A stretch of 64,000 bases of DNA, taken from the sequence record MN159079.1, one strand, 5' to 3'. Shown here piece by piece: positions 11,701 through 19,738 of this stretch; positions within the stretch are counted from its first letter, which is position 1; every line of letters begins with the position of its first letter. The notes beneath the pieces were generated by a model. The model saw only the letters and a program-made list of their open reading frames with translations. It made no database searches and was not told the origin of the DNA. The translations under genes and the position numbers were made by a program.

Positions 11701-11912
11701 CGCTCAGCGGAATGTTCCGTGGTTCCCCTGTGTTCAACCAGCCTCTGGATAAATGGAACACTAGTAATGTAATTAATATGGGTTCGACGTTCCGTGACGC
11801 CAAACAGTTTAACCAGGATCTGAGTATGTGGGATACCTCCAAGGTAACCAACCACGATGCCTTCGATACTGGAGCGACTGCTTGGACCAAGCCACGTCCT
11901 AACTTCGCTTAA
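5784..11912 (+). CDS. Tail fibre protein, 2042 aa, with C-terminal BspA/DUF285 repeat domain
   Basis: N-terminal AVHGENKHTVGLGNKDNYPMAT fibre motif; family C-terminal module near aa 950-1060; then tandem FNQxLxxWxVSxxxxFxxMF repeats to the C-terminus. Confidence 0.8.
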   Translation: MYVDKDKPQPPLDERTDPVGVVLEAFIENDRKVQEVTGDIVDTIKDIQNAQTSATQKLDKFDADVKAKLKTHVDKRGAVHGENKHTVGLGNKDNYPMATMQEHVDGKALAYAHPSGLRELVESRVKSDPTKYIPARVIPLASGGMLGEVPQYHMDLSIGELDQSKQDPNLHLGETPWEFSTTSGALIFPTINNAPHHGRYTQVPQGMNVFSHGPHGGTKIRVYNKTLDSRRTRPSFIRGWGDASGAPEQLGTCVKAGSSLFDKTHVIYRENNWLLRSFNKNALPSDVVEIYKYYSKEPEGIFEYAEGFLFNYWVTPLNAIVPGGSVAEPHIKLDMRCFKMDVADYRAAQGAVSLNGEQRSSLGDATQTFSATVPAHNKMVFGSQAGSGVGSIYIRLNRLLTLPGGMENAFLANLNQDLVRQLTFAWRNRMSYHGLFRIPVGWWNKQKTKYWHAWVDFEIIDRPFYTGLNNQLRVLTADPSWNTVQTVDANWNVTGSGMFKEYRADIKDNPMHPLALGGIFESQGGHMKTYTLYGRQYTAYHQHDMGQSLDFITKGNVPLPPPTQSEYSARSTLNGTGLYGDHLRHIPVDIDQQTGLVTYLTHVRDYRDRYRWARVVIDGEQEVVQDRFYGNYLGPKVQKLDWLPGIKTPRPFVISNDDFQPTMNINGLVFTAENKFLGFGSFRTNEANQDYLEYVDEIRLDEQVIAWVKSNAGGFTNPDLLFFYFRGSLFWFCRCSDPAEYPADGKDCYYGVIKDCGVKLDGGGARVMGPNGSIADSITINKFNLMTKNSLLVDQAEVYGIDSLSGRDVYIMMTQHHNDSGTQDHDVMVNMGPFNNFYIEMKLIRSGDGTMTFRPKPEAIDPVFPYTESNGFQIDYDAHTLYGTKIPERFHVNYQSPVMLKKGMWSYRKTPNNFGFFTRRHGFVTITGCVMTSYYGTDVYPMGSVLTVSGKNTVVKKPVQFSPDDIDGSSELFVRIVGDEPVLYGTNFNPNGYEVEPHNGAAPAGWGSGSNFYYYDPASWRNTFMPVIDGRRMSWYGYGSTVPVLLGKPGEGLPINRYYFGTQSTQMTWDTAKGRVVKFDAEIATTVAVNGNAEVTGSATQYVIPAQYTGVVTIDLYNANKLIWAPGLTNLIRLGSEIMEVDFSGSDQFTISAPLPKRVTSLKRAFYKAKGASYPGLQNWNVTGVTDFTECFAETTAFNQDLSNWTFVMGRTLRGMFQNAVAFNQPVPGTWFQYILDCSYMFAGSGAFNKPLTGTALQCKTAIGMFQGSKAFNSSIDGLKFLEIVDISDFFRESVVFNQSINGFDVSKVERAERMFQGAKGFLQPITLNMKQCHSVSGMFKDNLVFNALVNISLPICTDFSQMFMGTKLFNQKLPAWSFSPRTTLREMFSGSKAYNQSMDHWMMERVASISRMFQFAGAYQQPIKTWTFYKLVDCSYLFANSSFNADVNDIKWPSDPTLGINATGIFYYNLVYNQPLSKWNTVAFKLFNGIFNLARSFNQDISAWNVSNGENFENLFKDAIEFDGDISNWNVGKSKTFSYFAANAVKFKSDLSKWDVSSCFNFEAMFRHCLAFDSDISEWDVSNGTTFEWMFDGYSLTETVTPEYFMIFNQDLSKWNVGKGVRFNAMFRKCQLFTSDLSGWDMTNAQEVGAMFQHCYEFQSELASWKVAKFTHVRYMFFHAHNFNAPIPDWDVSRCTEFDQMFSYTYMFNQDLSNWDMSNARNLNRMFDVAVAFNGNVSTWDVSNVVTFWGMFRDAAVFNGDLSGWVTSNANDFSGMFQDALSFDRDLSGWDVSKGIKFNAMFRSTKCNFGMNNWNVGNATTFAEMFKGNIVFNQKLSTWKTGKVTDMAHMFSGCKALTDPAIGNWDTGRVELMNQMFFDCPLFNSDISGWNVSNVTNFSRMFMSAFKFNANLSTWNVSNGVTFERMFHTTELFNQPLNTWRMVKGEDFTDMFYGAKAFNQPINDWGMASAKTLSGMFRGSPVFNQPLDKWNTSNVINMGSTFRDAKQFNQDLSMWDTSKVTNHDAFDTGATAWTKPRPNFA
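9305..11880 (+). repeat. About 33 tandem ~25-aa BspA/DUF285-type (LRR-like) protein repeats
   Basis: Counted by eye: FNQDLSNW, FNQPVPGTW, FNQSINGF, FNQKLPAW, FNQDISAW, FDGDISNW, FNQDLSKW ... FNQDLSMW; degenerate at the DNA level. Confidence 0.9.
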
Positions 11913-11929
11913 CAAACGTAATTAAAGTA

Positions 11930-11961
11930 ACCCTCACCTCCCCGTCAAGGGAGGTGAGGGT
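11930..11961. terminator. Bidirectional terminator between convergent genes
   Basis: accctcacctccc-cgtcaa-gggaggtgagggt, a 13-bp stem with A-rich left and T-rich right flanks. Confidence 0.8.
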
Positions 11962-11975
11962 CTTTATCTTATTTG

Positions 11976-12944
11976 TTAGGTTTGGGCTACATCAGTAACA
12001 CCGTTACCATTCTGAACTTTGCCGTGCTTGTGAGAATCGAGATCGTTACTACCTGATTTCACACCAGACTGACCAGTAACAGTACCACCAGAAGTAACAT
12101 TACCAGTATTGGTAAAGTTACCTGTTTGATCCGTGTCACCTTCATGTGTTACGTTCCCCTTCACAAAAATGTTGGGTGATCTGAGATTGGTTTGTTTCCC
12201 AATGTCAAGGTTCATACTCTCTTCACATTGGATATCCAGCACCTTCGTTTTGACCGCAATCTTCTCCTTAGCCCTGAGAAGCATTGTATCTTCACAAGTC
12301 GCCGTGATATTCTTCTTTTCAATAGCGACAATGGACTTCTCTTGGTTTTGGAATGCCCACATATGTTCCATGCTATTGAGTACGAAAGCGTTCTCTTCAC
12401 CATCAACCAATGAGAAACCACCATTACCAGTGTCCAGCGTAATCGCATAACTGGTCGGTTCTCCATTACCTTGACCCGTAAGCAGTTGGAACTTTTTGGT
12501 ATGAGTACTGATCAAGAAGATATAATAGTTGTCAGTATTGAAGGGAGAATCTTCATTTACCTTGGGAGATGCGGAAATCGCCCAGATGATGGTTTCAAGG
12601 CGAAGCGTTCCATCCATACCGAAATACATCCAACGATACGTGTTGGTACCCTTGAACTTATAAACAACTACTTTACTACCTTTCCGTACATCGGGGGAGG
12701 TGATCCGGTTAGTGTTAAATGGGAGCCAGATGCAAGGAGTGCCATTCGAGCGTAAAGCTTTACTGGAGTGTGTATCTCCTGTAGGGGATTGAGTTGTTAC
12801 CTCAACATCTTCTACTGATGCTTGTAACCCGCCATCCGCTTCCGGGAAAAGTGATGGAATATAAACCAACACCTCATCGGTATTTGTTTGTTTATCTTCC
12901 AATACTTCGCCAACACCGAAGCATTCTAAAACGTTATCGATCAT
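11976..12944 (-). CDS. Contractile tail central spike (gp5/gpV-like; phiKZ gp164-like)
   Basis: N-terminal OB-fold-like region, beta-helix-type repeats (GNVTHEGDTDQTGNFTNTGNVTSGG), C-terminal metal-binding apex motif DLDSHKHG (HxH). Confidence 0.85.
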   Translation of the reverse strand: MIDNVLECFGVGEVLEDKQTNTDEVLVYIPSLFPEADGGLQASVEDVEVTTQSPTGDTHSSKALRSNGTPCIWLPFNTNRITSPDVRKGSKVVVYKFKGTNTYRWMYFGMDGTLRLETIIWAISASPKVNEDSPFNTDNYYIFLISTHTKKFQLLTGQGNGEPTSYAITLDTGNGGFSLVDGEENAFVLNSMEHMWAFQNQEKSIVAIEKKNITATCEDTMLLRAKEKIAVKTKVLDIQCEESMNLDIGKQTNLRSPNIFVKGNVTHEGDTDQTGNFTNTGNVTSGGTVTGQSGVKSGSNDLDSHKHGKVQNGNGVTDVAQT

Positions 12945-12964
12945 TATAACTCCAAGAGGAAAAT

Positions 12965-15445
12965 ATGATTACTGGTTTGATTATAAAGGATTGCATTCCG
13001 CTCGCAAGAAAAGGCATTACCAGTATTGAATTGGATACCAGAGAGCAGTGGAACATTCTGATAGCCCGAAACGGTTTCGGGAAAACCACACTGCTTCGTT
13101 TAATGACCCCGCTTCCTCCCGACAATGCTGACTTTGGACCCAATGGTTACAAAGAGTGGCGTTTTGTCGATGACCGCGGGACATTCATTCTCAAAAGCAA
13201 AACTGGTAAAAACTCTACTCACGAATTTATTCATAACGGCACCAACCTCAATGAGGGTAAAACCCTTATGGTGCAACGAGACCTCGTCAAGATACACTTT
13301 GGTATCACTCAACAGATTGTTGACGTTTTGACAGGACTTGATATTCGTGATCTCTTCACCACTATGTCAGCAGCTCGTCGCAAAGACTTCTTGATGACAG
13401 TTAACCCCAACGATACTTCATACGCACTGAAACGCTGGGAGAAGCTTAAAAGCAATCACAACACATTACGTGGTGGTTTGAAAACCCAACGTCAACGTTT
13501 AGTAGTTGAAGAAGGACGTCTCACCCAACTGGCGGCAATGGATGCTGATAAGCTCAGGGAAGAAATTGCCAACCTGGACACACAGATAAAAGACGCACTG
13601 GTACTCCATGGTAAACTGGCGAATGTCAAGCACAGAGAGATACAACCTCTCAAGCAAGAAATCAATGACATCATCTCCAGACTTCTGGGTAATGATCACC
13701 GCATCAAACTCACATCCGGTCAGTACGGTCAACAACTGGAAGATCTCACCACAAGACTCGATCGATTGAACCTGGCGTCCAGCAGGCTGTCTGGGATCCA
13801 CGCAGAGCTCGTTCAACAGCTCCAAGGTGTGGATTCAGGGAGTCAGAATCTCGATGGCTATAAGAAGCGTGTAGAGATGATTGAGCAGACTCTGGAAAGT
13901 CTCAAGTCCAACATCGAACTGATCGAATTGTTCTTTACTGATCATCAGTTCTTTATGGAAGGTGAGTTCTTTAGGAGCGAAGCGGTAACCACCAACGGGA
14001 CTGAGTTGATTGAACAACTTCGATTGGTTCATCGAGCCCGCGACGAGAACGCAACTAGTGAGAAGTTTAAGTCCGTTCAGGAGAAACTGACCCACAAGAA
14101 AAATGAACTGGCAAATATCGAAGCTGATATCACTCAGATCAATCACCAACTCCAACATTACCAGAAAGCGGAAACTGTCGAATGCCCTGATTGCACCAAG
14201 AAGTTCAAACTGGGGTTTGAAAAGTTCAATCCTCAAGAACTGGTAAAAATCAGAGACGAGCGAGTTGCCAATAAAGAAGTCATCCAAACCCAAATTCGTA
14301 AGTACAGCGATTATGTCGAGGCTAACGAAGATTGGTACGGGACCATGGCAAGTTTCATGAGATACGTACGTCGTCTTGAACACTCAGATGAGATTCTCCG
14401 CCTGGTGAGTCATTACAACGTAGGTAAAGCTGAAACTATCGTACTTCAAGAGTGTCTCCGCCGAGCGGTTCAACTGGACAAGTCTGTAAAGCAATACGCT
14501 AGCCTGGAGGAAGAGAAACAAAGTCTGATACGTGACATTAATTACCTTGAAAGTTCTGATGTCAATGCACTGTTCCTGAGAGCCGAAGAGGTTGAGCGTG
14601 AGATGGCTATCACTCAACGTCAGATAGGACGTGTTCGACAGGACATTAAGGACACACAGGAGAAAATCGACATCATTATCGATGATGGTTATCGCCGTGA
14701 TCGCCTTAGTGAACTGATGGCACAAATCCAAGATGTGCTTGAACAGAACGGTCTGTACCGGATCAAGTTACGGGTTAAGGAAGCTATCGATGAACTTTCA
14801 CCTCAGAAAGAACAGATGATCGGTAACCTTATTCGTGCTGAATCTCTGAACTCTGTTATCCAGTCAATCAAGGACGATATTGCCAACCTTGAAAAACGTG
14901 AACGTCATACCCAACTTCTGTTGGATGGACTTTCTCCGGTTAAAGGGTTCATTGGTTATCTCATGAATGATTTCCTCAAATCAGTCATCGGGAATATCAA
15001 CGTGATCCTTCAAGAGGTGTGGACAACTCGTCTCCGTGTTCTTAACTGTTCGACCAGTAAAGATGAAGATAGTGTTGACCTCAACTACCAGTTCCCAGCA
15101 CTAACCAGTTCCGATAACCATCCGAATAAAGATATCTCTCAATGTTCAGGTGGTGAACGTGAACTCATCAACTTTGCTTTCCGTCTTGTGGTTCTTCGTT
15201 ACATGGGTCCAAAATGTGGAATTCCATTGATGATGGATGAAGTCGGTGTTGCACTGGATGAGCTTCACCGTGGGATGTTCCGTGCTTGGATGTCTGAGCA
15301 GAATCGTACAGATGCGTTGCCGAAGGTCTTTATGATCTCTCACGACTACGCTCAGTTCGGTGCAACTCACGCCAACTTTATCGGACTGAATACCGAAGGG
15401 TTGAAGGTTCCGGCTAATGTCAATGCCAGAAGTGTGATACGTTAA
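12965..15445 (+). CDS. sbcC: SbcC/Rad50-like SMC ATPase (phiKZ gp165-like)
   Basis: Walker A ARNGFGKTT, long coiled coils, central zinc hook CPDC, signature CSGGE, Walker B LMMDE, H-loop MISHD. Confidence 0.9.
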   Translation: MITGLIIKDCIPLARKGITSIELDTREQWNILIARNGFGKTTLLRLMTPLPPDNADFGPNGYKEWRFVDDRGTFILKSKTGKNSTHEFIHNGTNLNEGKTLMVQRDLVKIHFGITQQIVDVLTGLDIRDLFTTMSAARRKDFLMTVNPNDTSYALKRWEKLKSNHNTLRGGLKTQRQRLVVEEGRLTQLAAMDADKLREEIANLDTQIKDALVLHGKLANVKHREIQPLKQEINDIISRLLGNDHRIKLTSGQYGQQLEDLTTRLDRLNLASSRLSGIHAELVQQLQGVDSGSQNLDGYKKRVEMIEQTLESLKSNIELIELFFTDHQFFMEGEFFRSEAVTTNGTELIEQLRLVHRARDENATSEKFKSVQEKLTHKKNELANIEADITQINHQLQHYQKAETVECPDCTKKFKLGFEKFNPQELVKIRDERVANKEVIQTQIRKYSDYVEANEDWYGTMASFMRYVRRLEHSDEILRLVSHYNVGKAETIVLQECLRRAVQLDKSVKQYASLEEEKQSLIRDINYLESSDVNALFLRAEEVEREMAITQRQIGRVRQDIKDTQEKIDIIIDDGYRRDRLSELMAQIQDVLEQNGLYRIKLRVKEAIDELSPQKEQMIGNLIRAESLNSVIQSIKDDIANLEKRERHTQLLLDGLSPVKGFIGYLMNDFLKSVIGNINVILQEVWTTRLRVLNCSTSKDEDSVDLNYQFPALTSSDNHPNKDISQCSGGERELINFAFRLVVLRYMGPKCGIPLMMDEVGVALDELHRGMFRAWMSEQNRTDALPKVFMISHDYAQFGATHANFIGLNTEGLKVPANVNARSVIR

Positions 15446-15448
15446 GCT

Positions 15449-15480
15449 AGAACCTCTCAGAAGCAATTCTGAGAGGTTCT
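15449..15480 (+). terminator. Intrinsic terminator
   Basis: agaacctctcagaa-gcaa-ttctgagaggttct, a 14-bp stem followed by tt. Confidence 0.8.
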
Positions 15481-15580
15481 TTAACTATGTCTATGGACTT
15501 TTACCTATATTGTGCCAAGAGCTGTTATATGTCGTTATGCGACGTATAACGACTGAATGGTTTATGTTCCGCTATATCTT

Positions 15581-15604
15581 TTCAGATAGATATTATCCCA
15601 ATGT
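15581..15604 (+). promoter_or_regulatory. Recurring phage promoter-like motif, copy 1
   Basis: ttcagatagatattatcccaatgt; related copies at 26046, 28645, 35565 and 40549, all intergenic and upstream of plus-strand units. Confidence 0.6.
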
Positions 15605-15661
15605 ATGCACGTGGAGAAATTTGTGTATTACGCTTGAAGTACAAACAACTAGGAGTGACCT

Positions 15662-16420
15662 ATGAAGACGTACATTATGCTGATCATCGCTATGCTGTTC
15701 AGCACCATGGCTAACGCCTCCGTTGCCACTACGAGTACTAAGTACAACGCTTATGCTCAACAAGTAATGCTGGATCGTTTCGACAGCATCAAAGGTGAGC
15801 TTTACGAAGCCTCCATCACGACCGGTATCAACATGAACGAGTTGGTTGCTATCGGTTCCCTCGAGTCTAAACTGAAGAACAATGTTCGACCTAAACGTGG
15901 AACAGCTCAAGGTGTACTCCAATACACCAATTCCACCTGGAAGAACAAACGTAAACAATACGCAGAAGAACTCGGTGTTCCAGCCAATGCCCACCAAACC
16001 AATCTCAAGGCCAACTTGACTATTGGTGGGAAGGATTTACAGGACACCAAAGCAAGTCTCATCGCTCGCACGCATCTCACTGAAGAAACACTCACCTTAG
16101 GTGATGTTTATATGTCCCATTTCCTGGGAGAAGATGGTGCAGTTAAAGTGATCAATTCGTACAGTCACAAACCACTCAATCAAATTGTGACTTTGCATGC
16201 AGGAAACACTTACTATTACAAACCTAACGGTCAGGTCCGGACTGCGCGAGAAATGCGGCAGTACATGGATAAACTCGTTAAGGAAGAGTCACGGGTATAT
16301 GAAGAAGCAATCATGCATTACCAAGTAAAGCGGATCTTCTCTCCTGTACACCAGCTGCTCACTGTCCTCCAGTCCAATCCCGTCAAAGACGTATTGGCTC
16401 GAGCGATAGTTCAAAGTTAA
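15662..16420 (+). CDS. Lytic transglycosylase (SLT; phiKZ gp144 catalytic-domain-like) with N-terminal signal peptide
   Basis: LVAIGSLES (catalytic Glu), AQGVLQYTNSTW, YMSHFLGEDGA, YKPNGQVRT; N-terminus MKTYIMLIIAMLFSTMANA-S. Confidence 0.85.
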   Translation: MKTYIMLIIAMLFSTMANASVATTSTKYNAYAQQVMLDRFDSIKGELYEASITTGINMNELVAIGSLESKLKNNVRPKRGTAQGVLQYTNSTWKNKRKQYAEELGVPANAHQTNLKANLTIGGKDLQDTKASLIARTHLTEETLTLGDVYMSHFLGEDGAVKVINSYSHKPLNQIVTLHAGNTYYYKPNGQVRTAREMRQYMDKLVKEESRVYEEAIMHYQVKRIFSPVHQLLTVLQSNPVKDVLARAIVQS

Positions 16421-16479
16421 ATGGTAACGGGGTTCATGATGATATGGCGAGAACAATCTTTTATCTAAAGGCATTCATC

Positions 16480-16743
16480 ATGACCATTTCTGCTCTGGAA
16501 TTTCAATGTCAGGTTCATCCTGACGGTTCATTGGAACCTGTAAATCATTTCACCGGCAACATCATCACTGTCACTACCAACACCGACGTTAACGGTCAAA
16601 AGACCGGTTCCGTTGCTGTGCTGAACAGTGTGATTGCTTATCTGAGTTATGACTTCTCCGGTAACCGTGTTGTGGGGTACACGCCCACTTACGATAACCC
16701 GACGGTCATGAAAACCATGGAGCGTCTCTTCCCGCTTCTTTAA
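16480..16743 (+). CDS. Hypothetical protein (alternative start 16444)
   Basis: Co-directional ORF with phage-like codon usage; AAGG upstream of the ATG at 16480. Confidence 0.65.
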   Translation: MTISALEFQCQVHPDGSLEPVNHFTGNIITVTTNTDVNGQKTGSVAVLNSVIAYLSYDFSGNRVVGYTPTYDNPTVMKTMERLFPLL

Positions 16744-16770
16744 TTGGAAGAACACTGTAATGAACATACT

Positions 16771-16798
16771 CCTGGGATGGCCGTTTGGCCATCCCAGG
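16771..16798 (+). terminator. Hairpin, probable terminator
   Basis: cctgggatggcc-gttt-ggccatcccagg, a perfect 12-bp stem followed by ttatgtttcttt. Confidence 0.7.
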
Positions 16799-16823
16799 TT
16801 ATGTTTCTTTAGAGGAACTTGAA

Positions 16824-16991
16824 ATGAAAGTTGAACACGAGGTAACCGAGGTTATTCTGAACTATCACGAATTTACTATTGTGACAGTGAAGACTCCTAA
16901 AGGTTCTTTCCAAATGTCCGTAACTGGTCACAACCAACCCAAGGCCAAGACCAGCCGTATGGCAGAATCCATTCTCAAATCAATCAAGTAA
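16824..16991 (+). CDS. Hypothetical protein, 55 aa
   Basis: GAGGA RBS before the ATG at 16824; the tracked start at 16785 lies inside the hairpin. Confidence 0.6.
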   Translation: MKVEHEVTEVILNYHEFTIVTVKTPKGSFQMSVTGHNQPKAKTSRMAESILKSIK

Positions 16992-17000
16992 GGAAGTGTT

Positions 17001-17750
17001 ATGCAAATCACTAAAGCGATGAGTCAAAATGTTTGTCTTCATAAATCAGAAAACGGTTCAATCCAACTGATCTATCGTCGTTCACGGGACCTGGGATTGC
17101 GGGCCTACATCAATCTCACTACCAAGACCGAAGATGCAATGGACATCGTCCCAGGCATCTGTGGTAAGACCCGATATTCTCATCGGATCATCATCGACTG
17201 GCTGACCAGCGAACACAAGAAAGAAAACTACCCGGTGGAGTTATTCACACTGGTAGCCGAATATCTTTCCCTGTTCAGATCAGACCCTGCTGTCCGTAAG
17301 GCAATGAGTCAATCATTGTACAAAATGTGCGGAGCTCTGGAGCGTGATTTCGAGAGATCCCGCATGTTCGGTAAGTCCAAGGGGAACCTTTTCTACAAAC
17401 TGTGGGAACAGGAAGTCATCTCTCTGGATGACACCCCGAACGAAATGGAGTTCTTCAGACTCACTTTCGTCAAAACAGACACCAGCTACAATCTTGGGCT
17501 AGACTATCGTGTCCTCAAGGGAGACAAACCTGGCTGTTATGCGGGCCGCGTCGATCTGTCCAGGAACCCACCCATGGGGATTGATCAAATTTACGCACTG
17601 ATCTGTAACGGGGTAAAGACCGTAGAACAGTGGAAACACATTTCCGGTGAACGAGCTGAAACCATCTTGGAAACCGCTGAGTACAACATGCACACCGACC
17701 TCGCTATGTTGGAAGAAGTGAGCTACCGTCACCAATGTAAACTCATCTAG
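17001..17750 (+). CDS. Hypothetical protein
   Basis: 249-aa ORF, AAGGA RBS, tight operon packing. Confidence 0.75.
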   Translation: MQITKAMSQNVCLHKSENGSIQLIYRRSRDLGLRAYINLTTKTEDAMDIVPGICGKTRYSHRIIIDWLTSEHKKENYPVELFTLVAEYLSLFRSDPAVRKAMSQSLYKMCGALERDFERSRMFGKSKGNLFYKLWEQEVISLDDTPNEMEFFRLTFVKTDTSYNLGLDYRVLKGDKPGCYAGRVDLSRNPPMGIDQIYALICNGVKTVEQWKHISGERAETILETAEYNMHTDLAMLEEVSYRHQCKLI

Positions 17751-17758
17751 GAGTTTAA

Positions 17759-19738
17759 ATGGAAGTTATGCAAGAACTGACCAAATTGGAGGCGTTGATC
17801 GCATACCACGATCACATGTTCTTCGAAGAGGATCGACCCATCATCTCTGATAGTTCGTACGACTTGTTAGTAGCTCGTCGTAAAGAGTTGATGGAAAAGG
17901 TACCCGATTATAAACCAGGTCACGTACCTGGTTTTGTTCAATCCACCAGTCTCCTTCAGACCGTTAAGTTCCATGAACCGATGCTGTCTGTCGATAAACA
18001 CAAAACAGGAGAGAGTATCAAGGCTTGGGCTGCTAAACAGTTAGCACCACTTGGGTTCAGTGATGAAGAGAAGTTGGATGGAGTGGCACTCAGGGCTATC
18101 TATGAATATGGAGTCATAACCGATCTCCATCTTCGTGGTGATGGTGAGGGCACTTCCGTTATCCACCGTCTCCCGATCATGACTGATATCCAAACGGTGA
18201 TATCGGAGTTCATGACGGAACCCAGGGTAGAGGTGACTGGTGAAGCATACGTTACCTTTAAAGATCTGAATGAATACGCCGATCAATGGAATATTGAAAG
18301 CGCCGAGTCCAGGTCAACTGTTAACGGCATGTTGAAGCGTTTGGTACCTGAAGAATCTGATACCCTCCCGATCAGGTTCAAAGCGTTCCATGCTAGTGAA
18401 AACATCCGGTCCAAGTTCAAAAGTTATCTTGAACTTAGGGAGTATCTCAAGTCGGTTGGATTCGACGTTCCTGTTCTCATCTCGGAAGAGGAAATAGAGT
18501 CCATGTTTGACATGACTCGTAAACCGGTCGGTGAGTATGCCATTGACGGGATCGTTCGTAAGAACAATGACCTCTCCCAGTGGAATGACCGTCACATGTC
18601 TGGTTACTGGACGTATGCCGCTTGTTACAAGTACCCCACCAACATTTCACAGACGACTCTGTTGGACGTGATTTGGAGTATCAACACAAAAGGGTACCTG
18701 GAGGGAACGGTGTTGTACGAACCGGTCAAGTATGATGGTTCTATCATCCAACGTGCTCGTTTCAATTACCCTGAACAGTACATCGCTGCTGGTCTGGCTA
18801 AAGGGTCCATTATCGAAGTAACCAAGGCCAACGAGATCATTCCTTATATGGTGGGGATGTTGAATGCTGGCGATGGAGAAAAGATCAAGTATCCAGAACA
18901 CTGTCCGATCTGTGAAGACCTGGTGGAACGTGAAGCACCGGCAATGTACCGTTGCGTAAACGAGAACTGCCCTGGGGCGTTCCTGACCAGAGCTGAGCGG
19001 TTGGTATCTCCCAAGGGTCTGAACGTCGCCAGTTTAGGTCCCAAGCGACTCCTGAGATTGATCGACAGTGGTTACTTCAATGAACCCGCTGATCTTTTCA
19101 ATCTGAAACATCATCATTTCGATAATCTCCAGTTTGATAATGGGGTTGCCGATAAGGTGATACGTAGTCTGGAGAAGGCTAAAGGGATCGGTCTGAACAA
19201 CTGGCTCTATGCAGCCTGCATACCGGAACTTGGTTTCACCAGGGCGACAGAACTGGCTAACCAGTTTGGCAAGCGTTATACCAAACTCGACAACTTCATG
19301 GAGACCATGCAGAACGGTGAATATCTCCGTTCGCTGTTCAACAGTAAAGATGGTTTGGTTATGGCTGCTTGGGTCGAAAAGAACCATGATGAACTTTACA
19401 ACTTCCTGGACAAGTATGACTGGGACTCCTGTAAGGTTCAAGACGGTGACTTGGTACCTATTGGGATCACCGGCTCGTGGAACTACACTCGTGATGAGAT
19501 GAAGGCTCTGTTGGCCGAGGAAGGTTTCTTCCTGGATTCCATTTCCAAGGGTGTCAAGGCAGTCCTCGTGGGTGAGAAACCATCACCTTCAAAAGTAAAG
19601 AAAGTTGAAAAGTGGAATATCCCACTTATCAAACTCGACAAACTCATGACCTTCGATATGTTGATCGCAATCCTCAAAGGCGAAGGAAACGTCACATCCT
19701 GGTCACCATCCTCAAAAGTAAAAGGAAACACTATATGA
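17759..19738 (+). CDS. ligA: NAD-dependent DNA ligase
   Basis: Domain Ia (PIISDSSYDLL), adenylation motif EEKLDG, GEAY, AIDGIVRK, Zn finger CPIC...C...C, HhH motifs (SLGPKR, ELGFTRA), BRCT (ITGSWNYTRDEMK). Confidence 0.95.
   Translation: MEVMQELTKLEALIAYHDHMFFEEDRPIISDSSYDLLVARRKELMEKVPDYKPGHVPGFVQSTSLLQTVKFHEPMLSVDKHKTGESIKAWAAKQLAPLGFSDEEKLDGVALRAIYEYGVITDLHLRGDGEGTSVIHRLPIMTDIQTVISEFMTEPRVEVTGEAYVTFKDLNEYADQWNIESAESRSTVNGMLKRLVPEESDTLPIRFKAFHASENIRSKFKSYLELREYLKSVGFDVPVLISEEEIESMFDMTRKPVGEYAIDGIVRKNNDLSQWNDRHMSGYWTYAACYKYPTNISQTTLLDVIWSINTKGYLEGTVLYEPVKYDGSIIQRARFNYPEQYIAAGLAKGSIIEVTKANEIIPYMVGMLNAGDGEKIKYPEHCPICEDLVEREAPAMYRCVNENCPGAFLTRAERLVSPKGLNVASLGPKRLLRLIDSGYFNEPADLFNLKHHHFDNLQFDNGVADKVIRSLEKAKGIGLNNWLYAACIPELGFTRATELANQFGKRYTKLDNFMETMQNGEYLRSLFNSKDGLVMAAWVEKNHDELYNFLDKYDWDSCKVQDGDLVPIGITGSWNYTRDEMKALLAEEGFFLDSISKGVKAVLVGEKPSPSKVKKVEKWNIPLIKLDKLMTFDMLIAILKGEGNVTSWSPSSKVKGNTI

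Noticed and set aside
9305-11880. DUF285 repeats as a CRISPR array or diversity-generating retroelement target
   Set aside because: Repeats are degenerate coding repeats without constant DNA repeat-spacer structure; no reverse transcriptase or template/variable repeat pair differing only at adenines was seen in the window.
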